Origin: Dehalococcoidia bacterium
GTDB taxonomy: Bacteria > Chloroflexota > Dehalococcoidia > Lucifugimonadales > VXLM01
Assembly: GCA_963662435.1 (NCBI GenBank)
Contig: OY759598.1
Location: forward strand, 1,644,507-1,708,506
DNA: 64,000 nucleotides
Direction: 5' to 3'
The translations under genes were made by a program, and so were the position numbers. The notes beneath the pieces are model-generated. The model did not search any database. It had not been told where the DNA came from and saw nothing but the letters and a program-made list of their open reading frames with translations. Of this stretch, positions 43,169 to 53,576 are shown one piece after another. Numbering within the stretch: position 1 is the first letter of the stretch; every line of letters begins with the position of its first letter.

Positions 43169-43951
43169 ATGGACGACCTTGTCGTAGAAGTCGAAGATCT
43201 GCACCTGAGCTATGGTGACCTTAAAGTCCTGCGCGGATTGACTTTTTCAATCAAACGCGGCGAAGTTCTGGTCGTAGTAGGCGCGAGCGGCTCGGGTAAG
43301 AGCACGCTCCTTCGTTGCCTGAACCGGCTCGAGGAACCTGACTCCGGAAAGATCGTCATAGACGGCGCGGACGCGACTGACCCGAAGACTGACCTGCCGG
43401 CAATGAGGGCGAAGATCGGGATGGTCTTTCAGAATTTCAATCTATTCCCTCATATGACAGCGCTCGGAAATGTCGCCGAAGGTCCCCGAACAGTCCTAAA
43501 GATGTCGAAGGAAGAAGCGGAACATGTCGCTATTGAGCTGCTTGAAAAAGTCGGCGTCGCAGATAAGAGGGATGTGAAGCCGGCAATGTTGTCCGGCGGC
43601 CAGCAGCAACGGGTTGCAATTGCTCGATCCCTCGCCATGCAGCCGAAGGTGATGATGTTCGATGAACCGACATCGGCGCTGGACCCCGAACTCGTGGCCG
43701 AGGTGCTAGACAGCATGCGACTGTTGGCCGTGGAAGGGATGACCATGATCGTGGTCACCCATGAGATGGTCTTCGCCGAGCTCGTGGCCCACCGAGTGAT
43801 GTTCATAGATGAAGGAACTATAGTCGAGGAAGGCCCGCCACAGGAGATCTTCCATAACGCGCGCCATGAGCGAACTAGGCAGTTCCTCCGTCAGCTTCAG
43901 TGGGAGGGAGCGTCGGAGGCTTCCTCCGCCGTTGATGAAGGAAGTCGCTAG
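43169..43951 (+). CDS. Amino-acid ABC transporter ATP-binding protein (GlnQ-like)
   Basis: GASGSGKST, MVFQNFNLFPH, LSGGQQQR, DEPTSALDPE. Start moved to ATG 43169. Confidence 0.94.
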   Translation: MDDLVVEVEDLHLSYGDLKVLRGLTFSIKRGEVLVVVGASGSGKSTLLRCLNRLEEPDSGKIVIDGADATDPKTDLPAMRAKIGMVFQNFNLFPHMTALGNVAEGPRTVLKMSKEEAEHVAIELLEKVGVADKRDVKPAMLSGGQQQRVAIARSLAMQPKVMMFDEPTSALDPELVAEVLDSMRLLAVEGMTMIVVTHEMVFAELVAHRVMFIDEGTIVEEGPPQEIFHNARHERTRQFLRQLQWEGASEASSAVDEGSR

Positions 43952-43974
43952 AAGCACTTTCAGTAGGAGTCAAC

Positions 43975-45081
43975 ATGATTATCGACGGTCACGCGTACAG
44001 CTTTCCCGCGAGAGACCAGGCGGCCGGATACCCCTCGGTTGATGAGAGGTGGCACGAATTCCAACGCGAGCTAAGTGGGCACCACCAGCCGGTGTGGAGG
44101 GTCAGAGACAGGGCTCCCGCCGACAACTCGACCCTCATCGATCCGGAGACGAAAGAGTTTCACGACGTTGAGTTCGCCGTACACCGGAACCGGTTCACGT
44201 GGGACTATGAGGGCGAGAGGTACACCAAACAGTACTACCCGCCAATGCTGTACCGAGGAGACGCGCCGGCTGAACTCCTGATTACCGAGATGGACTACGT
44301 GGGCATCGATATGGCATTGCTGCACACGTCGCCCCAACTCGGCCGGCTCAACGATTACCTGGCGGATGCAGCCAGTCAGTATCCTGACCGGCTGCGGTGG
44401 CTGGTCAACATTCCCGAAGCCCACATCCCGGACGACCCGGACGCCGCGGTAGCCGAAGCTGCTCGATGGCTGGCGACGGACAGCGCAGCCGGGTACCAAT
44501 TCCACTCCAAGTTCTACTACCTGGGCGGCCAAACCGAGCCGTGGGACGCCGAGCCGATGCGCCCATTCTGGGACGGCATTGCAACCCCCGGTTCCACCGT
44601 TTACTTCACGATTCTGGGGGCGCGACCTGAATCGAGACACACGGTGGCTGAAAAAGAGACCTACATCGAAGAACAGAAAACGCTGGCGCGTTGGATGGAG
44701 CGATACCCTGACGTCACCGTGGTAATTACACACGGCTTTCCCTTCAGAAGCTACATCCAGGATGGCCGCATCGTACTCCCGGATGATCTCTGGGACGTGT
44801 TCGAGGCCCCGCAGTGCCATTTGCAGCTGCTCTTTGCCATACAACTGGGCAATCTCTTCGAATATCCCTGGACCGAGACCGAGTCCGCCTTGCAGCAGTG
44901 CATTGAGCATATAGGCGCAGACAGGCTCATATACGGTACCGACATGCCCATGGTCGGCAGGTTCTGCACCTACCGCCAGACCCTCGACCAGTACCGCACT
45001 CACTGCGATTTCCTGACCGAGAGCGAGCGTCAGGCGATTACAGGAGGAACGGCCGCACGCGTCATGGGTATTGACGCCTGA
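43975..45081 (+). CDS. Amidohydrolase family (Amidohydro_2-like) protein, copy 1
   Basis: IIDGHAY metal motif, ITHG, IYGTDMP; AGGAG RBS. Confidence 0.88.
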   Translation: MIIDGHAYSFPARDQAAGYPSVDERWHEFQRELSGHHQPVWRVRDRAPADNSTLIDPETKEFHDVEFAVHRNRFTWDYEGERYTKQYYPPMLYRGDAPAELLITEMDYVGIDMALLHTSPQLGRLNDYLADAASQYPDRLRWLVNIPEAHIPDDPDAAVAEAARWLATDSAAGYQFHSKFYYLGGQTEPWDAEPMRPFWDGIATPGSTVYFTILGARPESRHTVAEKETYIEEQKTLARWMERYPDVTVVITHGFPFRSYIQDGRIVLPDDLWDVFEAPQCHLQLLFAIQLGNLFEYPWTETESALQQCIEHIGADRLIYGTDMPMVGRFCTYRQTLDQYRTHCDFLTESERQAITGGTAARVMGIDA

Positions 45082-45090
45082 ACTAGGGAA

Positions 45091-45111
45091 CACCGGAGGT
45101 TCCCTCCGGTG
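45091..45111. other. Intergenic hairpin
   Basis: CACCGGAGG-TTC-CCTCCGGTG. Confidence 0.5.
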
Positions 45112-45154
45112 ATGATGAAGACATTCGTTTGAATAACTCTTAGTAGGAGTCAAC

Positions 45155-46261
45155 ATGATTATCGACGGTCACGCCTACTGCTTTCCCGCGAGAGACCAGG
45201 CGGCCGGATACCCCTCGGTTGACGAGAGGTGGCACGAGTTCCAGCGTGAGCTAAGCGGACACCACCAGCCGGTGTGGCGGGTCAGAGACAGGGCTCCCGC
45301 CGACAACTCGACCCTCATCGATCCGGAGACGAAAGAGTTTCACGACGTTGAGTTCGCCGTACACCGGAACCGGTTCACGTGGGACTATGAGGGCGAGACG
45401 TACACCAAACAGTACTACCCGCCAATGCTGTACCGAGGAGACGCGCCAGCTGAACTCCTGATTACCGAGATGGACTATGTGGGCATCGATATGGCATTGC
45501 TGCACACGTCGCCCCAACTCGGCCGGCTCAACGATTACCTGGCGGATGCAGCCAGTCAGTATCCTGACCGGCTGCGGTGGCTGGTCAATATTCCCGAAGC
45601 CCACATCCTGCCCGACCCCAACGCTGCGGCGACCGAAGCGGCTCGATGGCTGGCGACGGATGGTGCAGCCGGGTACCAGTTTCACACCAAGTTCTACTAC
45701 CTCGGCGGCCATACTGAGCCTTGGGACTCCGAGCCGATGCGCCCATTCTGGGACGGCATAGCGGCAATAGGTTTACCCGTCTATTTCAGCTTAGGAGTGG
45801 GGCAAAGCAAAGGTCGAGACAGAAGTGAGAATCAAGAGGGATATCTGAACGAGCACAGTATTCTGCAGAGATGGATGGACCGATACCCCGACCTCACCGT
45901 GGTGATTACACACGGACTGAACTGGCGTCTATTCCTCGACGGCGATAGGTTCGCTTTTCCAGACGCGATCTGGAAGACTTTCGAGGCCCCGCAGTGCCAC
46001 CTGCAGCTGCTTTTTGTCATACAACTGGGCAATCTCTTCGAGTACCCTTGGTCCGAGACGGAGTCGGCCTTGAGTGAGTGTGTCAAGCACGTGGGCGCCG
46101 ATAGGCTGATGTACGGCACGGACATGCCTATGGTTTCCCGGTTTTGCACTTATCGCCAGACTCTCGACTACTACCGCAAGCACTGTGAGTTCCTGTCCGA
46201 GAGTGAGCGCCGGTCGATCATTGGAGGAACGGCCGCTCACGTAATGGATGTTGACGCGTGA
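45155..46261 (+). CDS. Amidohydrolase family protein, copy 2
   Basis: Same length (368 aa) and motifs as copy 1. Confidence 0.88.
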   Translation: MIIDGHAYCFPARDQAAGYPSVDERWHEFQRELSGHHQPVWRVRDRAPADNSTLIDPETKEFHDVEFAVHRNRFTWDYEGETYTKQYYPPMLYRGDAPAELLITEMDYVGIDMALLHTSPQLGRLNDYLADAASQYPDRLRWLVNIPEAHILPDPNAAATEAARWLATDGAAGYQFHTKFYYLGGHTEPWDSEPMRPFWDGIAAIGLPVYFSLGVGQSKGRDRSENQEGYLNEHSILQRWMDRYPDLTVVITHGLNWRLFLDGDRFAFPDAIWKTFEAPQCHLQLLFVIQLGNLFEYPWSETESALSECVKHVGADRLMYGTDMPMVSRFCTYRQTLDYYRKHCEFLSESERRSIIGGTAAHVMDVDA

Positions 46262-46733
46262 TCTACGACGCGGACAAACGTAGTACTCTGGGTCTAGGGA
46301 GATATTCTCCGGGGTCGTATGTCGTTACAGGCGATCGCTAGAATCGAGGGTGGGACCCGGTAAGGGTGACGAAACTTCCTTCGAGTATCGGGTTCCGTAT
46401 ATGAAGCGCGTTGCCTGCGATGGCTGCACACGGCCGGCGATGCCGTTCCAGCCGGGGACCTCCACATGGCACCTTGCTTGGGTCACAGCAACTTGATTCG
46501 GGTAATCCCCTCAAACATATGAAAAGAGTTTGTCAATGTCATCTCTCACAGGTCTTTCTGCATTCAGTAGTGAGCTTTCATAGCGTGTCTTGTACGGCTG
46601 GCGCTGAGGAACACAACAACCGCCCTATCTACATGCCTGCCTCCGGGGCATGCAGCCTCGGGAGTGTTCAACACCCAGCCGAATTCGACCGACTGCTCTC
46701 CGGCCCGGCAGCCATAGGTTGAATACCGCCGCT

Positions 46734-47957
46734 ATGATGAAATACTTTTCACAGGCCAGGTGGGCTGCCTCTTTTCGCTACCGGGACTTTCGACTGCTGT
46801 GGGGCTCCACTGTCATTCAGTCGATCAGTTTTGGCATGGAGAGGGTTAGCCTGGGGTGGCTGATCTTCGAGATGACCGATTCAGTGTTTATGCTGGGTGT
46901 CGCGACCGCTGCGAACATGGCGCCGGCTTTCTTCTTGGGAATCGTATCGGGTGCGGTCGCCGACTGGGCGAACCGCAAGCTGTTCGTTCGCTTTCTTGTC
47001 CTCGCCGCCGCGGGTTCCGCGAGTCTGATGGCGCTTGTACTGCTGACGGGCGTAGCCCAAGTATGGCAAGTTCTGGGTCTGGCCATGCTTACCGGCACCG
47101 TTTCGGCTTTCCTCATGACCGTCCGACAGGCATACACCTACGACATCACCGGGCCGACTCACGCGCTTAACGGGATGGCCCTGAGCAGCGTATCGATGTC
47201 GCTGGGAAGTGTCGCAGGCGCGTTGCTCAGTGGCGTCATCATCTCGGTTCTGGGCATAGGGGAGCAATACCTGGTGGTGGCGGGCATCTACGGCCTTGCA
47301 GTCGTGGTGCTGATGGGCACAAGAGACGTGGGTCAGGCGGCGGTGGCCGAGCGAGGGTCGGTGCTGGAGAACCTGGTGAGCTACGTGCAGCTTCTACGTT
47401 TAAACCGCACTTTGATGACCCTCATGCTAATGACAATCGCCATCGAAATATTCGGCTTCAGCCACTATACGCTGCTGCCTGTGTTTGCCAAGGATGTCCT
47501 CGGCGTTGGGGCGACGGGCCTGGGGGTCATGACTGCTGCCGGCCAGATGGGAGGCCTGCTGGGTGTGATGACTTTGGCCAATCTGGGAAACTTCAGACGG
47601 AAGGGCCTGCTGGTGTTGGTTATAACCATAGGCTTCGGATTGGGCTTGATGACATTTTCGTTAGCTTCGCACATGCTGGTCTTCCTGGCGATACTGGCCT
47701 GGGTAAATGGCTGCGCCATGAGTTTAGACACCCTGAACCGTACGCTGATGCAGGAGAATGTGCCCAACGAGCAGCGCGGCCGGGCTATGGGCTCGTGGAC
47801 TTTGAGCATCGGTGTTGGACCGGTGGGCAAACTGGGCGTGGGGGCGCTGGGCGAGACTATAGGCGCGCCGGGGGCACTGCTGGTGAACGGCGCAATCCTG
47901 GCAATCGTGGGCCTCTTGGCGGCAGTGGGGCTGCCCAGAATACGTCGGCTACCCTAG
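46734..47957 (+). CDS. MFS transporter
   Basis: YRDFRLLW, GAVADWANRK, VPNEQRGRAMG, about 12 hydrophobic segments. Start moved to ATG 46734. Confidence 0.9.
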   Translation: MMKYFSQARWAASFRYRDFRLLWGSTVIQSISFGMERVSLGWLIFEMTDSVFMLGVATAANMAPAFFLGIVSGAVADWANRKLFVRFLVLAAAGSASLMALVLLTGVAQVWQVLGLAMLTGTVSAFLMTVRQAYTYDITGPTHALNGMALSSVSMSLGSVAGALLSGVIISVLGIGEQYLVVAGIYGLAVVVLMGTRDVGQAAVAERGSVLENLVSYVQLLRLNRTLMTLMLMTIAIEIFGFSHYTLLPVFAKDVLGVGATGLGVMTAAGQMGGLLGVMTLANLGNFRRKGLLVLVITIGFGLGLMTFSLASHMLVFLAILAWVNGCAMSLDTLNRTLMQENVPNEQRGRAMGSWTLSIGVGPVGKLGVGALGETIGAPGALLVNGAILAIVGLLAAVGLPRIRRLP

Positions 47958-48988
47958 TGATCACGCAGAGCAGGATGCTGTAGCGCATCGCGTCAATCCT
48001 CTGACTTGGCGGGCGCATTCGGGGTACCTTGTGGAGTGCCATACATTCCTATGACCAACATCTTCCACTCGGTCAATGCAGCACGTGTGGCACGGCGTGC
48101 CGACCCCTACATAGACATGCATATGGGGCTGGTCTGATCAGGCTTACATCTTCTCAAGAGTTCTCCGCCTGACCTTGAATCTTCCGAACGTTCTTGCAGG
48201 TGGCTTAGTGTTGGCCCCACCTCTATTCTAGGAGCCTCCCAAATGCTGTTAGAGTCCTCAGCGATCGGTATCTCTGCCGGCCGGCAGAGGATTAGATAAT
48301 CCACACGGCCGTTCAAACCTTGACCCACTCGATCAACTGGGAATAACGGTTCCTTGCGAACCAACCAAACAGCGAGTAAAGCCCAAGCATGTCCATCATG
48401 TCCATTTTAAGGAGACGATTCGGTCCTTCCTTGCCGGGAATGCGTTTCGGCCATGCTGCTACTCTGCGTCCGGATTCACCTGTCTATTCGTTTGATGCCA
48501 CCATGTGGTCGATAGCCGATCGCGGGCTTCGGGAGATTGTCGTCGGCCAACAAGGCCGCACGGTCCCGAAAGTCTAGACAGACGTGACCGCATCTGAGAT
48601 TGGCATCTAAGACTGAAATTCCAATTCCAGCTGCCAAGGAGGCTGCTCTTCAGCAACACAATTGCATGGTCCTCTTTGGGAACCAACCGAGCGCGATTTT
48701 CTGTTCTATCCATGGGAATAGGGCACTTACTACACACGAACTATCAAATTGAGAGTAAGGCAAGCTGGCTAGCTATGACACTACTACTTTGATCAAGTGT
48801 ATTCGCGTTTCGTTTGGGAACCTGGGAGACGGTCTTGCGGTCTGGAAGACGGCGAGCGCTATAACTCAATCGAGCAAGTACTGATCTCCCGTACGGCCAT
48901 TCCAAACCAGATGCTTGGTTCAGGGCTACGTAGCCGGCGGGCCTCTACTACTCGTACAGGGTAGGGAACCGCACCGCTAGAAGAATGC

Positions 48989-49105
48989 AGTTCCGCCTAC
49001 AGTAAGAAAGGCCCGGGGAAAGTGACCCGATTCTTACTGTAGACAGAACTTTCGAACTAAGGATTAGCTAGGAATCGTAGTAGAAATTGAAGGTTCGAGT
49101 TCAGT
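48989..49105 (+). other. att-like site S4 (best-conserved inverted arms)
   Basis: GTTCCGCCTACAGTAAGAA-[AGGCCCGGGGAAAGTGACCCGA]-TTCTTACTGTAGACAGAAC with 17/19 arm match; tail GGATTAGCTAGG..TAGTAG..GGTTCGAGTTCA. Confidence 0.85.
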
Positions 49106-49222
49106 TGACATGTTCGGATCAGACTTCGCCAGCGGGATTTTGGCCCCTTCTAACATCAATCTTTTCGGGTAGACTGCCTTCTATGTGATCGCAGACGTGT
49201 GGTGGTTTTCCCACCCTATTTG

Positions 49223-51022
49223 TCACTTTGTTCCTGCCTGTTGGTCCGTCGTCGAGTCAGGACTGTCGATCTCGCCCGCCCACAGTTGCTTCATCTCGGG
49301 GGAGGTAACAAGCAGGTCGTCGAGCTTTCCCTCGGCGTCGACGCGACCATCCTTGAGGACGATGATGTGGTCGGCGCGTTGGAGAGCGTCCCGCCGGTGG
49401 GATACCGCTAAGACGGTGCTGTTCGGACGGTCGGAGAGTCGCTCCCAGAGGGTCTGCTCGGTCTCCACGTCGAGGCCACTCGAGAGATCGTCGAAGACGA
49501 ACAGCTCAGGCTGCCGGACGAACATTCGGGCGGCGGCGGCCCTCCTCTGCTGACCGCCGGAGAGCTTTACCCCTCGTGGCCCGACGATGGTGTCAAGGCC
49601 GCTTTCGAGGTCATCAATGTCGCGTTCCAGCACAGCGGAGCGGAGGGCTCTGGGCAGATCCACCCTGTCCTCAGGAAGACCCAGAAGGATGTTACCGCGG
49701 AGCTCTTCGCTGAACAGGCGCGGGACCTGGGACGTATATGCGACGCGCGGAGGTATCAATACCTTGCTGGCGTCCTTGACCGTCTTGCCATTCCACCTCA
49801 GATCGCCCTCCTTCAGAGGTAGGGAACCCAGCAACACTCGCAGCAGCGTGCTCTTGCCAGAACTGACCCTTCCCGTGATAACGGTGAACGACCCCTTCTG
49901 TAGGGAGAGATCGATATCGTGCACACCGTGCTCGGAGTCCGGGTACACGTAGGACACCCCCCGGGCCTCCAGAGTTTCGAGACGGTCTTCTTCAGTCTTC
50001 TCAACGGGGACCGGATCGGGAGCTCTTGTAATCAGATTGGTTGGATTACGTTCGACCAGCTTCTCCGGCGGTGAACCCGGCATCAATTCAAGGAGCCGCT
50101 CGATGCTGACACCAGTCTGCCTATATACCGTCAACATCGCCCCGATGCCCGCAAAAAGCATCGTGAACGCCTCCAAATAGAAGACGAATAGGACGAGGTC
50201 ACCAACGGTGAACTGCCCGCTGAGCATTGCCTGGCCGGCAACGATCAGAATTGCGCCCGTGCCAATGCTCTGCAAGTTGAGGAAGATGGCGCTCAGTGTC
50301 TGAGTGAGAAGCGTGTCTTTCAGGCCGGCGTGTTTGCGCGCCGCGTTCACTCGGTCGAACTCGCCGAGGACGTGCGGCTCGGCTCCGGCGACCTTGATCG
50401 TCTCGGCGGACCCGAACATCTCGCCGAGGAATCCGACCACGTCTCCGGTTGCCTCGCGGCTCCTCTTTCGCGTCCGTCCAATCAGGGTTCGCGCGACGAT
50501 AAAGACGGTGAGTATCACTATCGGAGGGACAAATGCCACCAAGGTGATCAGAGGAGAGATGCGAATCATGATTAAGACCGCGACCGCGGCGAATACAAGC
50601 TCCGCCGCGATGAACTTCAGCACAACTAGAAACTCTCCCACACTTGAGGCATCACCACGGAACCTGGTCACTGCCTCGCCGGACGATGCGGGAAGGCCGC
50701 GGTCGCCACTCAAGTTCATGAGATGTGCGAATACGTTTCTCTGCAGAAGGGCGCCGATCATGAACGCGTTGGCGGAATGCAAGGCAAGTGTGCCCACGAA
50801 CACCACAAAATGAGCAGCCCCAAACCCCACCAGCACCGCGCAGAGGGTCCACACACTCAGCGAGGTTAACGCATCCCCGGTCAGGGTGTTGAAGACCTCT
50901 CTCAAGGTCAGCGCGAGTGCCTGTTCGAGTCCGACGATTACGACCACAGAGCCCAAAAGGTCGAGCGCAAGCGTCCACTTGAACGTCCATGAGAGAGAAG
51001 TGAGGTACCGCCATGTGCTCAT
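49223..51022 (-). CDS. ABC exporter, fused TMD-NBD subunit B
   Basis: TM domain, [19 protein letters not shown] (degenerate Walker B); ATGA overlap with the partner gene. Confidence 0.93.
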   Translation of the reverse strand: MSTWRYLTSLSWTFKWTLALDLLGSVVVIVGLEQALALTLREVFNTLTGDALTSLSVWTLCAVLVGFGAAHFVVFVGTLALHSANAFMIGALLQRNVFAHLMNLSGDRGLPASSGEAVTRFRGDASSVGEFLVVLKFIAAELVFAAVAVLIMIRISPLITLVAFVPPIVILTVFIVARTLIGRTRKRSREATGDVVGFLGEMFGSAETIKVAGAEPHVLGEFDRVNAARKHAGLKDTLLTQTLSAIFLNLQSIGTGAILIVAGQAMLSGQFTVGDLVLFVFYLEAFTMLFAGIGAMLTVYRQTGVSIERLLELMPGSPPEKLVERNPTNLITRAPDPVPVEKTEEDRLETLEARGVSYVYPDSEHGVHDIDLSLQKGSFTVITGRVSSGKSTLLRVLLGSLPLKEGDLRWNGKTVKDASKVLIPPRVAYTSQVPRLFSEELRGNILLGLPEDRVDLPRALRSAVLERDIDDLESGLDTIVGPRGVKLSGGQQRRAAAARMFVRQPELFVFDDLSSGLDVETEQTLWERLSDRPNSTVLAVSHRRDALQRADHIIVLKDGRVDAEGKLDDLLVTSPEMKQLWAGEIDSPDSTTDQQAGTK

Positions 51023-52803
51023 GACAGGACCTCCTCGAGACCGGTCTGAAGAAGACGGTGGAAGCGGGTGGTCGGGTTAGACGCGAGTATCTCCCGCTCT
51101 CCTTTCTCCACAAGTCGACCGTTCTCGAGGATGACGATGTCGTCACACCTCTGGATGGTAGCCAGGTGATGGGCGATTATCAGTACGGTCCTACCCTGGA
51201 CTAACCTATCTATCGCCGCGTTGATGGATGCCTCGGTACTGGGGTCTAGCCGCGACGTGGCCTCGTCGAGGATCACGAGACCAGGGTCCTTGAGGAATAC
51301 TCGCGCGAAGGCGAGCATCTGTGCTTCACCCGAAGAGAGGCCACCGCCATCCGGTTGTAGCATCGTGTCGAGGCCGTCGGGCAACGAGTCGAACCATCGT
51401 GTCAGGTTCATCTCGCCGAGCACGTCGAGCAGATGAGCATCGGGCACGCTCCGGTCGAAGAACGTCAGATTGTCACGCACAGTTCCGTGGAAGAGACGAA
51501 CGTCCTGCTGTACGAGGCCGACCCTGTCGCGAAGATCGGCTATCCGTGCCTCTCGGATGTCCTGTCCTCCTATAATTATCCTGCCTTCATCCGGATCGTA
51601 CAGACGAAAGAGGAGTCTCGTCATCGTGGTCTTGCCGCTTCCCGTCCTGCCAAGGAGTCCGAGTAGCCTGCCGGGACGGAGGTCAAGGGTGACATCCCGC
51701 AGCACCGACTCACCGCTGCCGTATGCGAAAGAGACGGACTCGAACCGGACTGGGAGCGGGCCATTGGGGAAACGGACACCGCGTCCATCGATTACCTCTT
51801 GACGGGTGCTGAGTAGGTCGTGAATTCTGATGACGCTCGCCCCGGCTCGCTGAAGCCCTTCCATCTCGTGGGAGACCACAAATACCGGCCGACTAAGCAG
51901 TCTTGAGTACTGGTAAATGAGGAAGACCGTACCGATACTGATCAAGTCCCCATAAAACAGATACGCTCCAACCAACAACGACACGGCCAAGCCCGCGCTG
52001 TTGACGAACTGTGAGGTGTTCACGACAACACTGGCAATGGTCTCAGCCTTGATGCGGACGCGGAACCACGACCACATATGGTCGAAGAACCCCTTCATGA
52101 CGTGGGACTGGGCGGCACTTGTTCTTACGTCCTCCCGGCCCGCGAGGCGCTCCTCGATGAATCCGTACGTCTCGGTGCTCGCCTCTCGGTCGGCCCTCCA
52201 GCTTGCTATGGACACGTTTCGCATCCGTATGATGACCGCTATCGAAACGAAGGCAAACGCCGAGAGTGCGAGACCGGCCAGCCAGCTCTCGCGGAAAAGA
52301 AGTGCGAGGACGGCCACCAGCATGATGATGTTGCCCACAATTTGGACGGCGAAGGTCGAGAAGAACTCTCCGAGCGTCTCCGAGTCGCCGTCGATGCGCT
52401 CGATCATCTCCCCCGGCGTGCGGCTGTTGTGAAATGGCATGTCGAGCGAAAGCGCGTGGCGAGCGAGATCTGAGCGCAGGGCGTTGGTGGCGTTCCACCC
52501 GACCTGACCGCTCGTGTACGTCGCAAGCACGCTAACGAACTGCTGCACCAACGCCACGGCGATGAACACTCCGGCGGCAGCCACGAGTCTGCCGAGAGGA
52601 CTGCCTGCCACCGCCTCGTCGATGAAGTACCGCATAATCTGCGGATTGACGAGCTGGAGGGCGATGTTGGTCAGGATAAACACCGAGGCGAGAGCCACGA
52701 TGCCCTTCTGCTGCCGGAGGTACTTGAGCAGGAGAGCACCGTACTGCCGTACAGGGACCTTCATCCGTTGTCCTGTCAATTGCTGTAGCACACGCGTGGT
52801 CAT
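51019..52803 (-). CDS. ABC exporter, fused TMD-NBD subunit A
   Basis: TM domain, [26 protein letters not shown]. Confidence 0.93.
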   Translation of the reverse strand: MTTRVLQQLTGQRMKVPVRQYGALLLKYLRQQKGIVALASVFILTNIALQLVNPQIMRYFIDEAVAGSPLGRLVAAAGVFIAVALVQQFVSVLATYTSGQVGWNATNALRSDLARHALSLDMPFHNSRTPGEMIERIDGDSETLGEFFSTFAVQIVGNIIMLVAVLALLFRESWLAGLALSAFAFVSIAVIIRMRNVSIASWRADREASTETYGFIEERLAGREDVRTSAAQSHVMKGFFDHMWSWFRVRIKAETIASVVVNTSQFVNSAGLAVSLLVGAYLFYGDLISIGTVFLIYQYSRLLSRPVFVVSHEMEGLQRAGASVIRIHDLLSTRQEVIDGRGVRFPNGPLPVRFESVSFAYGSGESVLRDVTLDLRPGRLLGLLGRTGSGKTTMTRLLFRLYDPDEGRIIIGGQDIREARIADLRDRVGLVQQDVRLFHGTVRDNLTFFDRSVPDAHLLDVLGEMNLTRWFDSLPDGLDTMLQPDGGGLSSGEAQMLAFARVFLKDPGLVILDEATSRLDPSTEASINAAIDRLVQGRTVLIIAHHLATIQRCDDIVILENGRLVEKGEREILASNPTTRFHRLLQTGLEEVLS

Positions 52804-53041
52804 GGCTTTTATCTAGTCTCCTGACGATCCCTCGATTCTACAGGAACCCCATACGAATTATTCCCACCTCGTTGGGGTCACACATGACACCTGTAGCGTT
52901 TCTGACCACCCTAGGCGAGTAGCACCACGATCGTATTGAATGGTCCAGAACCATTGGAGGTTGTCAGCTTCGCGCCTAGGTACGACCGCTCAGTGTTTTC
53001 TAGACGAGTCTCTGCCGAACCGCCTAAGCCAGGGAAAGCAC

Positions 53042-53109
53042 GGTGAATCGCCAATATCGTCAAGTAGGGTTCTGTATACAGCAAGAAACGCCCGGGAAAA
53101 GTGAGCCGG
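53042..53109 (+). other. att-like site S5 (left half joined to the tRNA-Lys 3' end)
   Basis: GGTGAATCGCCAATATCGTCAA..GTTCTGTATACAGCAAGAA-[ACGCCCGGGAAAAGTGAGCCGG]; the tRNA takes the place of the right arm. Confidence 0.82.
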
Positions 53110-53176
53110 CTGGGATTCGAACCCAGGACACTCGGATTAAAAGTCCGATGCTCTGACCAAACTGAGCTACCGGCCC
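53102..53176 (-). tRNA. tRNA-Lys (TTT)
   Basis: GGGCCGG TAGCTCAGTTTGGTCAGAGC A TCGGA CTTTTAA TCCGA GTGTC CTGGG TTCGAAT CCCAG CCGGCTC A forms a full cloverleaf; CCA not encoded. Confidence 0.97.
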
Positions 53177-53576
53177 ATGTGGCGCGTGGTCGGCAAGAGT
53201 GAGAACTCGGCTCTCGGCAATTACCCCTCGTTCATGGGGGTGTAACAGGCCAACCAGGAAAACATGATACCACTTCATATCCTTCGGAGGGCATCCTGCA
53301 CACCTTCCCGGCTACCCTATAGTATTTATCCGCTACCGGATAGGAAACATTCATCACGGTCCTGCAGTCCTCTGGACTTCGACTCCAACTAATGTACTCC
53401 CTCGAATGGAAGTCATTACCAGACGTACTCGGAGGACATTTTTTCGGAAAAGTCCATGCCTTTTCCGATTGAAATCTTAGCACTGATGTTGTACCCTACT
53501 CATCGTCAAATGCGGCAGTCGTGCCGGTACATTCTTAGGTACGGAAGTTGTCATTCAAAGTGGAGGTAAATCAGCA

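Noticed and set aside
41762..45156. Long overlapping ORFs 41762..42817 (+) and 44071..45156 (-)
   Set aside because: They are shadow frames of well-supported genes, with no recognisable motifs.
43975..46261. Diversity-generating retroelement TR/VR pair
   Set aside because: There is no reverse transcriptase, differences are not adenine-specific, and both copies are full genes.
35549..53109. Att-like sites read as CRISPR repeats, classical integron attC, dif/pdif sites or Tn7 ends
   Set aside because: Spacing is in kilobases. There are no RYYYAAC/GTTRRRY ends, the geometry is not 11-6-11, and there are no TGT..ACA termini with 5-bp target duplications.
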